Shown here in pieces: positions 61,821 through 64,000 of a stretch of DNA of 64,000 bases. Made by a program: the position numbers and the translations under genes. Under the pieces are notes generated by a model, which did not search any database, was not told where the DNA came from, and saw only the letters and a list, made by a program, of their open reading frames with translations. This stretch comes from an uncultured Clostridia bacterium. GTDB taxonomy: Bacteria; Bacillota; Natranaerobiia; Natranaerobiales; Natranaerofabaceae. The DNA is taken from NCBI GenBank assembly GCA_964498995.1, contig CAZCIZ010000001.1, positions 41,479-105,478 on the forward strand, written 5' to 3'. Within the stretch, counting starts at the first letter, position 1, and each line of letters opens with the position of its first letter.

Positions 61821-62573
61821 TTAAATATCATCCATGTTTTTTTCATCAAATCCATTTTCCAGTCTCGCTTCAGTTACTTCGATACCTTCCCAGGAGAGCT
61901 CCAAGACATCTTTAGAATGGAAAATAACATGGAGCAAATCTTCAATATTGAGTTTTTGCGGGACCTTTATATGAACTGTTATAGAAATTACATTAGCCTG
62001 ATATTCCTCCATAAACTCAGATTGCGACATCCATATATTATTGATGTTTATCCCTCTATCTCCAAGGATCTTGGTTATTTTAGCAAGCATCCCGGGTTTA
62101 TCCAAAACCCTAACCTGGATTTCTCTAAACCGCTTTCTTCTTCTTGCCATAGTTTTTTCCAGATTACCCAGGGCATAAAGGCTGAGCACTATAATAAACA
62201 GGGTTACTATACCTCCAAAGTAAAATCCGCTTCCTACAGCTAGTCCAATACCTGAAACAGCCCAAATACTAGCAGCAGTAGTAAGGCCTCTGATAGTCCC
62301 TCCTTGCCGCAGGATAGTACCAGCTCCCAAAAATCCTACTCCAGCAATGATAGAAGAAGCAATCCTACTAGGATCCGCTCCCCTACCGATATCTCCTTCT
62401 GCTCCTTCAAAGGCATAAATTGAAGCCATAGTCATCAAGCAGGCACCTACACATACAAGGATATGGGTTCTAAATCCAGCAGGCCTATTATGCTGTTCCC
62501 TTTCAAATCCTATGATCCCACCTGCTATACCTGCAATCAATAATCTTATGACGATTTCAAATTCCGATATCAA
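61821..62573 (-). CDS. mgtC: MgtC/SapB-family membrane protein with a C-terminal ACT-like domain
   Basis: 250 aa. N-terminal MgtC membrane domain (GIIGFEREQHNRPAGFRTH). TTG start after GAGGAGTGA. Confidence 0.85.
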   Translation of the reverse strand: MISEFEIVIRLLIAGIAGGIIGFEREQHNRPAGFRTHILVCVGACLMTMASIYAFEGAEGDIGRGADPSRIASSIIAGVGFLGAGTILRQGGTIRGLTTAASIWAVSGIGLAVGSGFYFGGIVTLFIIVLSLYALGNLEKTMARRRKRFREIQVRVLDKPGMLAKITKILGDRGININNIWMSQSEFMEEYQANVISITVHIKVPQKLNIEDLLHVIFHSKDVLELSWEGIEVTEARLENGFDEKNMDDI

Positions 62574-62691
62574 TTAATTCACTCCTCTCGTCCCCCTCAT
62601 GAATCATTCTATCATAATATCGAAATACTAAGGAAAAAGCAATGAACCAAAATAAAATATGTCGAAATATAATAACCATATAATAACGGGT

Positions 62692-63588
62692 TCAAATTTC
62701 TTGTTTATCCCATAATGCCGGATAGAATAGATCGCCCATTTTTTCCAATCTTTCAAATATGTTAAATATATTAAAACTGTCCGGCTTTGTTTCCTCCTTT
62801 TCAAGCTCTTTCCATTTTATTGGAGCTGATACGGGAGCGGTTTTATGCGGTCTAAGTCCATAAACTACCGCGATTGTCTTTCCTTTTACATTTTGCATAT
62901 AGTCAAGATAAATTTTGGCACCCCTTTTCTCAACTTTTCTTTCCAAAGTGGTTATATCAGGTAGGAGTTCATTGACTACCTCCATCACTTTGCGAGCAAA
63001 CTCTCTTACTTTTTTATAAGTGTATATTGGTTTAAGGGGCAAGAATACCTGCAGGCCTGTAGAACCCGATAATTTTGGGTATCCCCTTAATTCTAACTCG
63101 ACTAGGACCTGGTTTAATACCATAGCAGTCTTTTTGACATCTGTAAAAGACACCCCTTCCATTGGGTCAAGGTCAAAAACTACATAATCTGGCTTATCTA
63201 GGTTTTTTGTTCTAGACAGCCAGGGGTGAATCTCTATACAACCAAGGTTACTAAGCCATACCAAGGTCGAAAGATGGTCCACCATTACGTATTTTTTGGA
63301 TTCTTTTTGGCTTTTAGAGTTTATTTCCATTGTATTTATCCAATCGGGTACACTGTCTTTAAAGTTTTTTTGATAAAAATTTTTACCATAAATTCCATCG
63401 GGAAACCGATTGAATGCTAGAGGCCGATTGAATAAGTGACATTTTATATATGGATATATCTTTATGTAATAATCTATCAGATGAAATTTAGTAAGTCCTA
63501 ACTCCGGCCAGATAATTTTATCTATATTGGTTAATAGAACATCTCTTCCTTCAATCTGGATTTTTTCTGTACTTTTAATAACCAACAT
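62692..63588 (-). CDS. ligD: NHEJ DNA polymerase/primase (LigD polymerase domain)
   Basis: About 298 aa. LigD PolDom-like blocks (FDLDP ..., SGSTGLQVF). Divergent from the ligase gene. Confidence 0.82.
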   Translation of the reverse strand: MLVIKSTEKIQIEGRDVLLTNIDKIIWPELGLTKFHLIDYYIKIYPYIKCHLFNRPLAFNRFPDGIYGKNFYQKNFKDSVPDWINTMEINSKSQKESKKYVMVDHLSTLVWLSNLGCIEIHPWLSRTKNLDKPDYVVFDLDPMEGVSFTDVKKTAMVLNQVLVELELRGYPKLSGSTGLQVFLPLKPIYTYKKVREFARKVMEVVNELLPDITTLERKVEKRGAKIYLDYMQNVKGKTIAVVYGLRPHKTAPVSAPIKWKELEKEETKPDSFNIFNIFERLEKMGDLFYPALWDKQEI

Positions 63589-63653
63589 CAATCATCTCCA
63601 TGGATTATTATATTGCGATATAACACAACCTAAAGTAAAAGGAGTAATGACAA

Positions 63654-64000
63654 TTGATAAAACCAATGGAACCAGTTTTAAAAAATGAAATTACAGAAGA
63701 GGAGAAAAGAGTTTTTCAAGTAAAATGGGACGGCATAAGATTAATAATCCATATAAACAAAACTAAATCCAAGGATACACGCAACATTCATATTCACACA
63801 AAAGCAGGAAAAAACAAAACCGCTACCTATCCGGAGTTGTATAGCTTATACGATCTTTTCAGAGGAGATTCCTGTATCTTAGACGGCGAGGTAATAACAA
63901 TGAACGAACAGGGATTACCTAGTTTTTATGACCTGCTAAAAAGAAACAGGATTGATAATCCCAATAATAAAACCAAAGTATCAATACCCATAAGTTACAT
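63654..64000 (+). CDS. ligD: ATP-dependent DNA ligase (LigD ligase domain), 5' part; continues beyond the window
   Basis: Not in the ORF track. My manual translation is L(TTG)IKPMEPVL...FQVKWDGIRL (motif I KxDGxR) ...ILDGEVI (motif III). RBS AAAGGAG 9 nt upstream. Confidence 0.8.
   Translation, partial: MIKPMEPVLKNEITEEEKRVFQVKWDGIRLIIHINKTKSKDTRNIHIHTKAGKNKTATYPELYSLYDLFRGDSCILDGEVITMNEQGLPSFYDLLKRNRIDNPNNKTKVSIPISY

Overview
This window comes from a low-GC, anaerobic, spore-forming Firmicute (Clostridia or Halanaerobiales-like). Almost every gene is on the minus strand.

The backbone is the classical Firmicute ctsR-to-tuf 'translation/transcription' supercluster. Read on the minus strand from high to low coordinates, it runs: ctsR-mcsA-mcsB-clpC ... 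radA-disA ... yacL-ispD-ispF-gltX-cysS-mrnC-thyX-rlmB-yacP-sigH, then five tRNAs, tuf-rpmG-secE-nusG-rplKAJL-rpoBC-L7Ae-rpsLG-fusA-tuf.

The backbone is interrupted in several places. The largest interruption is about 24 kb between clpC and radA. It carries a complete Wood-Ljungdahl carbonyl-branch cluster (cooC-acsA-acsB-acsC-acsD-acsE) and an hdrA-like/mvhD/metV/metF/hdrA-like methylene-THF reductase module. It also carries an intein-containing class II ribonucleotide reductase, rtcB, nfo, a sirtuin and other small genes.

Points worth a second look:
- A roughly 300-bp nested-palindrome MITE-like element, present in two copies.
- Two uncharacterised genes at the head of the acs region. One has an AcsC-like Fe-S module; the other is a DUF3343-like fusion.
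- Two tuf copies that are nucleotide-identical and carry an unusual 4-Cys insertion.
- An 873-bp non-coding gap between rplL and rpoB.
- Short direct-repeat arrays next to the tRNA-tuf promoter and in the gltX leader.
- A Rossmann-fold/MCP-signalling fusion protein.

I found no rRNA, CRISPR array, transposase or prophage genes. I cannot point to a clearly novel multi-gene system with confidence; the best candidates are listed as findings.
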